Assembly (NCBI RefSeq): GCF_009914755.1
Contig: NC_060947.1
Length of the DNA stretch: 64,000 nucleotides
Strand: one strand, 5' to 3'
Origin: the human T2T-CHM13v2.0 reference genome, Homo sapiens
Under the pieces are notes generated by a model, which was not told the origin of the DNA, did not search any database, and saw only the letters and a program-made list of their open reading frames with translations. This document shows positions 1 to 12,203 of this stretch, one piece after another (the first letter of the stretch is position 1; every line of letters begins with the position of its first letter). A program made the translations under genes and the position numbers.

Positions 1-250
1 AGCGGATCACGAGGTCAGGAGATCGAGACCATCCTGGCTAACACGGTGAAACCCCGTCTCTAATAAAAAAAAATACAAAAAAATTAGCCGGGCTTAGTGG
101 CAGGCTCCTGTAGTCCCAGCTACTCAGGAGGCTGAGGCGGGAGAATGGCGTGAACACGGGAGGCAGAGCTTGTAGCGAGCCGAGATCGCGCCACTGCACT
201 CCAGCCTGGGCGACAGACCAAGACTCCGTCTCAAAAAAAAAAAAAAAAAA
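1..250 (+). mobile_element. AluY-like SINE, cut by the window start
   Basis: GATCACGAGGTCAGGAGATCGAGACCATCCTGGCTAACACGG and AGAATGGCGTGAAC diagnostics, central A-linker, poly(A) to 250. Confidence 0.95.
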
Positions 251-344
251 GTTTTCTAGTTTTAGGATTTACATTTAGGTCTGTAATCTGTTTTAGAAGA
301 ATTTTTGTATATGGTATGAGGGTGGATCAAAGTTTATAATATTT

Positions 345-650
345 GCCAATGACAGGATCTCATTCTTTTTTATGGCTGAATAGTACTTTATAAGACCTAA
401 TATCTATAAGACCTACTATATGATAGCACAACAGGGTGACTATAGTCAATGAAAATTTAATTGTACATTTTTAAACAACTAAAATAATATAATTGGATTG
501 TTTGTAACACAAAGAATGAATGCTTGAGGGGATTGATACCTCATTTTCCATGATGTGAATACCATACATTGCTTGCATGTATCAAAATACCTCATGTACA
601 CCATAAATATATATACCTACTATGTACCCACAAAAACTAAATTTTTTTAA
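345..650 (+). mobile_element. 5'-truncated, 5'-inverted L1MA/L1PB-type 3' end
   Basis: 16-bp TSD AAAGTTTATAATATTT at 329-344 and 651-666; 345-~388 is antisense L1 and ~389-650 is sense L1 3'UTR. Confidence 0.8.
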
Positions 651-1076
651 AAAGTTTATAATATTTACATAGATATATCCAATTACTCCATCCTTATTTG
701 TTTACAAAACTGTTTCCTCCATTTAATGGTTAATTGCCATTAAATCTTTGTAAAAATCAGTTGTCTCTGTAGGTGTGGGTTCATTTCTAGACTTTTTTTT
801 ATTCCATGGATCTATTTCTCTGTCATTAGGTTAATCCCATACACTTTTGCTAACTGTAGCTTTATAATAATTATTGAAATTAAGTAGATTTAGCTCTCCA
901 ACTTTGTTCTTTTTCAAAATTTATTTAATTATTGTAGGGGCTTTACATTTCCATGTAAATTGTATAATCAGTTTGTTGATTTCTATAAAAACACTTCAGA
1001 AATTTAACTTGGATTGCATTGAAGTTATACATAAATTTAAAAAGAAATGACACCTTAACAGTATTAAAACATCTGA

Positions 1077-1449
<373 letters not shown>

Positions 1450-2292
1450 CATAGTTTGGTAGTTTTAAAAGTATATGTCTCTCACATATTTCATCAGATT
1501 TACTTTTAAGTATTTTTATTTTTGATTCCATTATGAATAGTAATTTTTAAAATTTCAATATCCCATTTTCATTGTTAGTATACTCAAATACAATTTAATG
1601 TATACCAAATTTGCACCCTGCAACCTTGCTAAACACACAAATTAGTATATTCCTTTAGATTTGTAAAATATATGATCATGTTGTCTGAGAAAAAAAGAGT
1701 TTTACTTCTTCCTTCCAAATATAGGTGTCTTTTATTTCCGTGTCTTGTTATATGCCACTGGCCAAATCTCTAATTTAATGCTGAATTGAAGTGCAAAGAG
1801 CAAATCTTTCTGTATTTTTTTCTAATCTTAAGGAGAACCATTGAGTCTTTCATGGTCAAATATGATATTAGTTGCATGTTTTTCTTAGATGCCCATCATT
1901 AGGTTAAGGAAGTTTCCTTTCTTGAACATTAGTTCAAGTTTCCTTGAACATTAGTTCAAGAAGTTTCCTTCTGTTCCTAGTTTGCTGAGAGAATTTTCAT
2001 GAAGAATGGATGATGAATTTTGCCACAATTTATTCAGTAACTATTCAGATGGTTATATGTTTGTCTTTGTGTTATTAATATGGAGAATTACTCTGATCGA
2101 TTTTAAATGTGGATATAAACACAGATTACTAAGATAAATACCAACTGATTTTCTTTATACTTTTAAAATATTATTGCATTCAATTTGCTAATTTTTTATA
2201 ATTTTATGTCAGTAAAATGGGATATTTATCTGTATTTTTTTCTTTTTATTTTCCTTTCTTATAATGCCTTTGGCTGATTTTGGTATCAGGGT

Positions 2293-2747
2293 TGAGGAAA
2301 GAAAATAACTTCCATCTGAGGAATACAAATTCTTTTAGTTAACAGGTCCAGAGAGACATTAATATGAAACAGAAATCATGTTTCACTTTCCCCTTGAAGC
2401 TACGTATTTATTTCTTGAAAGTGCATGCTATTGTTACAAGTAGCTATAAAATTCACCTAATTCATGCAGGACATTGTAACCCACACCCTATAGTTTAGTA
2501 ATACATAACTAATCATTAATCAATGTTATTTTTGTAAACCACTGAGAATTCCTGAAAAACAATACTGTATTAGCCCATTCCCTGTCACCCATTTTTTGTC
2601 TTTAAACAGACAAGTCTAACTGCTGTTAATCAGAGTGCACATTCGGCAACTTTAATATATGTGCCTGGGTTGCAATGCTCAAGTTTGGCCCAAATATACT
2701 CTCTCCTTATATTAATTTTGCTTCAGCTTCTTCCCTTTAGGTTGACA
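2293..2747 (+). mobile_element. ERV1-class solo LTR, family not assigned
   Basis: TG...CA ends (TGAGGAAAG / AGGTTGACA) with 4-bp TSD GGGT at 2289-2292 and 2748-2751, interrupting the L1. Confidence 0.8.
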
Positions 2748-3653
2748 GGGTGGTGCTTTTCTCATAAAATGGTTGGAGAAGTACTTCTTCTGATTCATTA
2801 TTTGGACAAGTTAAAGTAGAATTGGTATTAAATATTTGGTAAAATCCATCAGTGAGCAATTTGACTCAGTGTTTTCTTGGTAAGATTTCTCACTAGAATT
2901 TTAATTTATTAAATAGCTATAAGTTTATTCATATTATGTATTTTTTTTAGTGAGTTTACCAGTTTCTGTATTTCAAGTAATTTATCCATTTCATCTAAGT
3001 TGTCAAATTAGTTGGCATAAGGTTGTTTATAGTATTCCCTTAATATCCTTAAAAAGATACCATAGAGTATACATAACTTGTACTATTTTAACTGTTTCTA
3101 AATGAACAGTATAGTGGCATTAAGTACTTGCACGTCATTGTGCAACCATCACAACCATTCATCTCAAGAAGAGTTTTATATTCCCAAACTGCAACCCTGA
3201 ACCATTAATCAAAAACTTCCCATGTATCCCTCCTTTTAGACCTTGGAAACCACCTTTACACATTTTTATTCTGTGAATTTGGCTACACTAGAAACCATAT
3301 ATGTGTAAAATAAAACACAAATTATTCTTTTGTGTCTGGCTTTTTTCACTTGGCATAATGTTTTCAAGTTTAATCCATGTTGTAACATGTATCAAAACTC
3401 CCTTTTCTTTTGAAGCCTGAATAATATTCATTGTATGTATATAGCACATTTTGTTTATCCATTCACCTGTCCTTGGGTATTTGGATTGTTTCCACTTTTG
3501 GGCTTTTATGAGTAATGCTGCTATGAACAGTGCTGTGCAAATATCTGTTTGAGTCTCTGTTTTTAATTCTTTGAGATATGTATACACCCAGAAGTGGAAT
3601 TTCTGGGCCATATGGTAACTCTATGTTTATTTTTTTTTAAGAACCACCATATG

Positions 3654-5455
3654 ACTCTCCCTCTACCTCTCCCTCTCCCTCTCCCCACAGTCTCCCTCTC
3701 CCTCTCCCCACGGTCTCCCTCTCCCTCTCTTTCCACGGTCTCCCTCTGATGCCGAGCCGAAGCTGGACTGTACTGCTGCCATCTCTGCTCACTGCAACCT
3801 CCCTGCCTGATTCTCCTGCCTCAGCCTGCCGAGTGCCTGCGATTGCTTGTGCGCGCCGCCACGCCTGACTGGTTTTCGTAATTTTTTGGTGGAGATGGGG
3901 TTTCGCTGTGTTGGCTGGGCTGGTCTCCAGCTCCTAACCGCGAGTGATCCGCCAGCCTCGGCCTCCCGAGGTGCCGGGATTGCAGACGGAGTCTGGTTCA
4001 CTCAGTGTTCAATGGTGCCCAGCCTGGAGTGCAGCGGCGTGATCTCAGCTCCCTACAACCTCCACCTCCCAGCCGCCTGCCTTGGCCTCCCAAAGTGCCA
4101 AGAGTGCAGCCTCTGCCCGGCCGCCACCCCGTCTGGGAAGTGAGGAGCGTCTCTGCCTGGCCGCCCATCGTCTGGGACATGAGGAGCCCCTCTGCCTGGC
4201 TGCCCAGTCTGGAAAGTGAGGAGCGTCTCTACCCGGCCGCCATCCCATCTAGGAAGTGAGGAGCGCCTCTTCCCGGCCGCCATCCCATCTAGGAAGTGAG
4301 GAGCGGGGTCTCTGCCCAGCCGCCCATCGTCTGAGATGTGGGGAGTGCCTCTGCCCCGCCACCCCGTCTGGGATGTGAGGAGCACCTCTGCCCAGCCGCG
4401 ACCGCATCTGGGAGGTGAGGAGCGTCTCTGCCCAGCCGCCCCGTCTGGGAAGTGAGGAGACCCTCTGCCTGGCAACTGCCCCATCTGAGAAGTGAGGAGC
4501 CCCTCCGCCCGGCAGCTGCCCTGTCTGGGAAGTGAGGAGCATCTCCGCCCGGCAGCCACCCCGTCCGGGAGGGAGGTGGGGGTCAGCCCCCACCAGGCCA
4601 GCCACCCCGTCCGGGAGGGAGGTGAGGGGGTCAGCCCCCCGCCTGGCCAGCCGCCCCCTCCAGGAGGGAGGTTGGGGGGTCAGCCCCCGGCCCGGCCAGC
4701 CGCCTTGTCCGGGAGGTGAGGGGCGCCTCTGCCCGGCCGCCCCTACTGGGAAGTGAAGAGCCCCTCTGCCCGGCCAGCCGCCCCGTCCGGGAGGGAGGTG
4801 GGGGGGTCAGCCCCCCGCCCGGCCAGCCGCCCCGTCCGGGAGGTGAGGGGCGCCTCTGCCTGGCCACCCCTACTGGGAAGTGAGGAGCCCCTCTGCCCGG
4901 CCACCACCCCGTCTGGGAGGTGTACTCAACAGCTCATTGAGAAGGGGCCATGATGACAATGGCGGTTTTGTGGAATAGAAAGCGGGGAAAGGTGGGGAAA
5001 AGATTGAGAAATCGGATGGTTGCCGTGTCTGTGTAGAAAGAAGTAGACATGGGAGACTTTTCATTTTGTTCTGTACTAAGAAAAATTCTTCTGCCTTGGG
5101 ATCCTGTTGATCTGTGACCTTACCCCCAACCCTGTGCTCTCTGAAACATGTGCTGTGTCCACTCAGGGTTAAATGGATTAAGGGCGGTGCAAGATGTGCT
5201 TTGTTAAACAGATGCTTGAAGGCAGCATGCTCGTTAAGAGTCATCACCACTCCCTAATCTCAAGTACCCAGGGACACAAACACTGCGGAAGGCCGCAGGG
5301 TCCTCTGCCTAGAAAAACCAGAGACCTTTGTTCACTTGTTTATCTGCTGACCTTCCCTCCACTATTGTCCTATGACCCTGCCAAATCCCCCTCTGCGAGA
5401 AACACCCAAGAATGATCAATTAAAAAATAAAAAAAAAAAAAAAAAACAAAAAAAA
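3654..5455 (+). mobile_element. SVA retrotransposon (SVA_C/D-like), full structure
   Basis: CCCTCT hexamers ~3655-3730, antisense Alu-like ~3730-4110, GC-rich VNTR ~4110-4920, SINE-R ~4920-5420, poly(A) 5422-5455; 5' TSD AAGAACCACCATATG at 3639-3653. Confidence 0.97.
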
Positions 5456-5923
5456 CAGTTGCTGAATCTAGATAGAAAAAAAAAAAAATGTTTTCCAAAA
5501 ACCAACTGGGAAATATTCAGGGCACATATATAACATGACTGTGTTTAAACAAATTATTTATGTGCTAGGAAAATGTACCATAATGTGGGTAGCGAGATAA
5601 TTTTGAGCTGTTGGTTTTGTTTTGTTTTGGGGGGGGCAGGGTGAGGGTGTGTCTTTGATACTTCTGTGTAACTTCAAAGTTTCCTGAGAATTGATACATA
5701 GTATTTCATCAGTTCTAAGAGGTACTTTCCCCACATGTCAACAACTTTTAAAACAAGATGTATCTTACAAAAAAAAAAAAATCTAGTGTAGTCCCTGGAG
5801 GGCATGGTTTTCCTTTTGGAAACCCCTTTCTCTGGCAAGGGAGAGAGCTGTTCTCCTTTCTCTCTCTCTCTTTTTTTTTTTTTTCTATTAAAGCTTCCCT
5901 CCTAAACGCCCCCCCCAAAAAAA
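5456..5923 (+). other. SVA 3' transduced sequence in three A-tract-delimited segments
   Basis: Non-SVA sequence between the SVA poly(A) and the 3' TSD copy (5924-5938); A-tracts at 5476-5488, 5769-5781 and 5917-5925; ATTAAA at 5887-5892. Confidence 0.88.
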
Positions 5924-6044
5924 AAGAACCACCATATGGTTTTCCATAGTGGATGCACCATTTTACATTTGCATCGGCAAAGTACAAGGGTTCCAATTTC
6001 TACACATCATCACCAACAATTATTTTCTGCTTTTGTATTATAGC

Positions 6045-6602
6045 TGTAGAGGCCAAGGGAAAACTTCCACTTTGTCCTCCAAGGGTTCACGAAAAGTCAA
6101 CTAACAAAAGGAAGGTTAATGGAATAAAAGGTGTACAAAATTTATTAATGTGCACACATGTCCATGGGAGTCATACAAAATATGAACCACCCAGAATAAG
6201 GGCCAGATTGTTGATGTTTTTATACCCACTTCTGGTTTACAGAAAGAAGACAGGCTTGAAGGATGGCAAGACAGCTTATAGGAGGAAGGGAATAGGAAAA
6301 GTATGGCTAGCAAAGGTGGTATTGTCATGCAGATGAAACTTCACAGGTAAGAACTCTCTCTCTGAAAGAATAGATAGTAGCCCACAGTGAAGTTCGTCTT
6401 TCTTAGATCCAGACGAGGGAGGGAGTCCTCACAGAAAGCCTAGCTGTTTATTTTACCAATGTAGATTTTATCTACAGATGCAAATATCCCCCACAAAAGG
6501 CAGCTTTTCAGGCTATTTCTATCTGAAGGCTCTCTAAATAGCTACCTCAAAACATGTCAAAAACCTATATTTTGGATTAAAATAAAATATTTTTGGTTTA
6601 CA
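6045..6602 (-). mobile_element. MER4-group ERV1 solo LTR
   Basis: Starts with TG inside L1, antisense poly(A) signal TTTATT at ~6141, ends TTTGGTTTACA as MER4-type LTRs do. Confidence 0.7.
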
Positions 6603-7364
6603 GCCATCCAAATGACTAATTTGTGTAAAACGTTATTCTGCTGTGGTTTTGACTTGCATTTACATAACGTTTAATGATATATTTTTATGTATTTATTAGC
6701 CATCTGTATATATTATCTGGAGAAATGTCTATTTAAGTCGCTCACCTATTTCTAAACTGAATTATTTCTTTGTTGCTGCTGTTGAGTTTTAAGTGTTCTT
6801 TAAATATTTTGCATATAATCTCTTATATGATTTCCAAACATTTTCTCCCATTATGTGGTTGGCTTTTTCACTTTATTAATATGGTCATTGGTGCACAAAA
6901 GTTTTGAATTTTGATGAAATCTAATATATTGATTATTTTTTTTGTTGCCTGTGTTTTTTGGTGTTAAATCCAGGAAAGCACTGCCGATTCCAATGGCATG
7001 AAGCTTTTCCCGGTTTTTTTTTTTTTTATAAGATATGTATACTTTTATCTCTGCTGCTTAGGCTTTTGATCAAAATTGAGTGAACTGTAATATACTGTAT
7101 AAAATGAGGATCCACCATTATTCTTTTGTATGTATATATCTAGTATTCCCAGCACCATTTTTAAAAAAGATGGTCATTTTCCAATTGAATAATCTTGGCA
7201 TCCATGTTGAAAATCTTTTCAGAACATATAAAAGGATTTATTTCTGGGCTCTCTATTCTGTTCCATTTGTCTGTATTTTTTGTATTTGTGCCAGTACCAC
7301 ATTGTTTTGATTATTGTAGCTTTGTAGTAATTTTTGAAATTAGGAAGTGTGAGACCTAAAATTT

Positions 7365-7663
7365 TATATTTATTTTATGTTATTTTTGGAGATGGTGTCT
7401 CATTCTATTACCTAGCCTGGAGTGCAGTGGCATGTACGTGACATACTGCAGCCTTAACCTAGTGGGCTCATGCAATCCTACAGCCTCAGCCTTCTGAGTA
7501 GCTGGGACCACAGGCACATGCTACCATGATAGCTTAATTTCTTTATTTTTTTGTAGAAATGGAATCTTGCCATCTCTGCATCTTGAACTCCTAGGCTCAA
7601 GAGATCATCCTGCCTCAGCCTCCCAAAATGCTGGGATTACATGTGAGAGCCACTGTGCCCAGC
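7365..7663 (-). mobile_element. AluJ
   Basis: Diverged Alu with ACTGCAGCCTTAACC and CTAGGCTCAAG J-type features; TSD AAATTTT. Confidence 0.88.
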
Positions 7664-8742
7664 AAATTTTGTTTTTGTTTTTCAAGACAGTTTGGCAATT
7701 GGAATCCCTGATGATTCCATATGAATTATTGAATGTATTTTTGTATTTTTCAAAAAAAAGCAGGCATTTTGATAGAAATTGCATTGGATCTGTAGATCAC
7801 TTTAGGTAGTATTGGCTTCTTAACAATATTCAGTCCTCCAATCCATGAACTCTGGATGACATTTCATTTATTTCCTGTTTTTTGATTTTTTTAAAAAAGC
7901 AATTATATATGGTTTTTAGTGTATAAGATTTTTACCACCTTGATTAAGTTTATAGTCTTAGTTCATTTTATGTTGCAATAACAGAACACTTGAGGCTGAG
8001 CAATTTATGAAGAAAATAAGTTTATTTGCTTCACAATTCTAGTGGGTGAAAAGTTCAAGATTGGACAGCTGCATCTGATGAGGGTTTCAGACTTGAAGCA
8101 TGGCAAGACAGGTTATAGGAGGAAAGGAATAGGAAAGGTATGGCTAGCACTCATGGTGGAAAGAGGAACAGGAGAGTGTGTGTGCAAAGGAGCACATGGC
8201 AACAGAGGAAGCAAGATATAGAAACTAAAGGAGCCAGAATATTTTGCCATCACAATATCTTAGAAACTAGTCCATTCCCATGAGAGGGAGAACTCATTCA
8301 TCCCCATGAAAAGGTATTAGTGTATTAATGAGGGATTCACCCCCATAGCTCAAATGCCTCCCACTGGAATCCTCCTCCCAACAGTGCAACATTGGAAATC
8401 AAATTCCAACACGAGTTTCAACAGAACAAACTATACCCAAACCATAGCATTCTGTTCCTGGCCCCCTAAAAGTCATGTTCTTCTCGAATACAAAATACAA
8501 TAATTCCATCAGTCTCTAAAGTCTTAACTTGTTTCAGCACCAACTTAAAAGACCAAAGTCCAGTTATGAGCCTATAAAAAAAGTTATTTAGTTCTGAGAT
8601 AAAATGGTGGAATGCACATAGTTTAGACATTTCCATTCCAAAAGGGAGAAATGAATCAAAGAAAGAAAGAAGTAAGAGGTTCTAAGCAAGTATAAAACCC
8701 AGCAGAGAGGCATTGAATCTTAAAGCTCCAGAATAATTTCAT

Positions 8743-8850
8743 TTTTTAGAATTTCAACTTTTATTTTAGATTCAGGAGGTACATGTGTAGGTTTGTTACA
8801 TGGGTATATTGTGCAGTGTCAAGGTTTGGAGTATGATTGATCCCATCAAT
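8743..8850 (-). mobile_element. Short L1 3'-terminal fragment (old L1PA/L1PB type)
   Basis: TTTCAACTTTTATTTTAGATTCAGGAGGTACATGTGTAGGTTTGTTACATGGG. Confidence 0.8.
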
Positions 8851-11594
8851 TTAGGATAAACTTGATTTAACAATTCCCCCGTTTTGGTCATTCTCTAAAT
8901 TGTGGGAGATTGACCAAAATGTTAGTCATTGATTTCACCATCACCACTGTAAAAGTACTTATTTCCTCTTGAAACCCACTAGGAAACAGCAGAGCAGTGG
9001 GTTTTGTAAGGTTTCACCTTACAAGGACTCCAGGTTATTATTCTTATTATTTTTGTAAGTGTTAGAGTAGAGGGTACCTCCTTATGTTGGAAGGTACTGT
9101 TTACAGGAGGAAAAAAAATACAAAAACCTGGTCTTTTCTAGGATTTGCTTGTTTCCTTAAAGTCTTAGTTTGATTATGTTACATTTAGCAAGAGTGACTG
9201 TATTTTAGTTTGGTCTAGGTGTACAGTTCCAAGAGTGTGGAGGGTCCCTTCTCAGTTGTGAAATTATGAACCCAGCATTTAAGGTCCTGAAGTTTTGCTG
9301 CAGTGTGGATGGCAAGGGAAGTCTTTTTCTGATGTTCTCAGAAGATCTGATCTTCAGGTTCTCGATTAAGAAGAGGTTTATTGTTCTCAGTCAGTGAACC
9401 ATGCAAAGCTTTCTTTACTTGGTGAAAATACACTGTGGCACAACATGATCCTATTGTAAAATTAGCTATCTTGCATGGGAAAGCTTTTATAAAACCAGAA
9501 AACATGCATTGGAAATAATAATTGAATGAAATCCCTCTGTAAATGTTTCAGTGGGCCATCAGGTAACAGAATGTACCTGAAGCATTGTCTTCCCAGCAAT
9601 ATGGGTTTGACAAACCAAACATTGGTCAGAAACTATTTTAGCAATTGAGAAGTCACTATACCAATATATATTTAATTTGGATCATTTTATTTTTTCCACG
9701 ATGTGTCGTGGAATGCATAACTTTTAATAACAAAAGGTTTAAGAACTCAGGAAGTACAAGGTGGCTGTCCTGGATCTCCAAGAGTCCGTGCTTAACATTG
9801 GACTTATGTTCTCTTGAATACCAGTTGTTTCTTCAATTTAGGTGCATAGCACTGAAAACTGATAGGTTATCACAGGTAATTTGACTTACACCATGGTGTT
9901 CAATTTCAGTATTGGCTGATTTAGCATGAAAATCTGGCAAGGTATTTTCATGGTATTCAATTAATTTTTGTACTACTTGGGTTGGCAGTTTTATAAACCA
10001 GTCTTTTTATCCAAGTTCCAGGAATTCTTACCCAGTCCAAATGATATGATTCTAAAGTTATCAGAAACATGTATTCAAGAGTGCTTTTCAGGGTCCCTTC
10101 CATCCTTTCATAAACCTCCTAAAACACACCATATTCTAGGGTTCTGTATGCTTGTGAAGTTTTCAGAAACTGCATCAGCATTAAGCAATGAACTGTGAAA
10201 ATGACTTTAAATAATTATAGTTAAAGACACAAATGACAAGGAAATTTGGTTATTTCTGTGGCCTACAATAACAACATAATAACCATAATCATGATTGATA
10301 GCATATACTCAAACATATTATAATTTGATGAATGTAATATAATTTTACAACATATATTAATAACATTTACTGAAATATAACCTTCAAAACGTTAAACATT
10401 ATTTCTTATTTTGACAATGCTTCTCTTGTAAGTTAGCATGTCAAATAATTCTGTTTACCTCTCTTTTTGATGCTTCATGGGCCCTCTGCAGCATCCCACA
10501 GTTAGAGGTTAAAAAATACTTAATTTTGAAGGTGAAATTTGATTTTGGGAAGCCTGTCAACTATGTTAAAGATTTAAAACACTTAATATTGTAGAATAGG
10601 ATTCCAGGTCACCATAAGTTATTTATCTAGCCAGAATGATAATTTGAAAATTTTGAAAAGGCAAAAACCTTTATTCATTAATAGAGGGAAGACTTAGCTT
10701 TCCAAACAATCTTTTGTTGTATCTTTCTTTTTTTTTCCTGTAGTTTATTCAAAGTTGAAAAAAAACATTCATTATTCTTTAATATTACATGAAAATCTTG
10801 TTCAAGAGTGAAAGCCAAATTTTATCCTTGCATTATTGCCATTTACTACTGGTTTTCTTCTGACCCAGTCAGATGTAAGAGGCCTCTAACTGGATCCAAG
10901 CCACTTAATTACCAGATCTAATTTGATTCTGGACCCAGTTCAGTTTTTGGCATGACTTCCAAACGCAGTTTGGATTAGAAATGGGCTCATAGAAACTTGG
11001 AGAGCTCAAAACACAAATATGCGGAGCTTCTGAATCTGAGAGAGAACTTACCATGATGACCAGCTGCTCCAAGAGAACAATGGACATAATCGGCCTGGTG
11101 GGTACCTTGCTTGGTCACTCAGCACTCCTAGGTGTCATTATAAGCTCTACTTTGGATCCCACTTCTGACATCATCTGTTAAAACAGAAACAAACAAACAA
11201 ACAAAAACTTCAGCTGAATTAAATGTAAAAGAGTTTAATTGAGCAATGAATGATTTGTGAATCAGGCAGCCTCCTGAGCCAGAGTAGGTTAAGAGACTGC
11301 AGCACAGCTCCATGGTAAAAGAAGATTTATGGAGAGATAAAGAATCATGATGTATAGAAAATGGAAGTGAGGTACAGAAACAGCTGGATTGGTTATAGCT
11401 AGGCTTTTGCCTTATTTGAACAAATTTCAAACTTCTGGCCACGTTTGACTGACCAAAACTTGATGATTGACACAAGAGTAGGCTACAGTTTGCTTACACT
11501 TACATGTAGGCTATAGTTCATGATATACAGAGAAACATTTAGCCCAAACTTAAAATATGTAAGGAGGCAGCTTTAGGCAAAACATAATCTAACA
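8851..11594 (-). mobile_element. MER57-like non-autonomous ERV1: 5' LTR 11176-11594, internal 8873-11175, 3' LTR stump 8851-8872
   Basis: Minus-strand LTR start TGTTAGATTATGTTTTGCCTAAAGCTGCCTCC; PBS-like TGATGTCAGAAGTGGGATC; PPT GGGGGAAT followed by TGTTAAATCAAGTTTATCCTAA. Confidence 0.78.
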
Positions 11595-11652
11595 GGCCTC
11601 ACATTTTTGCTTGGTATTGTCCTAGTAGAAGCTCTCTGTTGGGGCTTCACAC

Positions 11653-12072
11653 TGTGAAAAGTGTCCCTGGGCCCACATGCTTTTTTATACATTCTTTTTA
11701 ATCTCAGGGGAGAACACCAAGCCTCTGATAGATGCAGGAGGCATATAAGGGGAAGTGTACCCAGAGAATCTCTGACCTCCCTGCACACTGGGAGAATGGG
11801 GTGGAGCTATGGGAATTTTGTGCTGTGTGCAGTGTGGGGAGGATCCTGGCCTCTTCAGTTCCTGTGTGTTGCCTAGAATTAATCTGCAAGGTAGAGGGCC
11901 TGTTAGCAGGAGTCCCTCTTGCTTTACTGGGAGTTTTTTTTTTCCTTCTTTTCCTTTTTTGCCCAATAAATTCTGTCACCCTCACCCTTCAATGTGTCTG
12001 CATTCCTAATTCTTCCTGGTGATGTGTCAAGAACCCAGTTTTAGCTGAACTAAAGAGCAAAGTTCTACATCA
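11653..12072 (+). mobile_element. ERV1 solo LTR (MER66-like)
   Basis: TG start, AATAAA at ~11965, end TTAGCTGAACTAAAGAGCAAAGTTCTACATCA. Confidence 0.65.
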
Positions 12073-12203
12073 CCTCCACACCTTCATAGCTCTTGTATTC
12101 TTCTATCCAGCAGAATTAACACCACATATACATGAATGCTGCCAAGAATTAGACCTTGCATCCTTTGGCGAAATGACCCAAGTTGTTCCTGGAGTCATGT
12201 AAG

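Noticed and set aside
4110-4920. Regularly spaced repeats resembling a CRISPR array
   Set aside because: This is the SVA VNTR: tandem units without unique spacers, in eukaryotic DNA, with no cas genes
3789-5415. Many overlapping ORFs up to 168 aa
   Set aside because: They come from the GC-rich SVA VNTR, Alu-like and SINE-R regions, are repetitive, and show no protein-family signal
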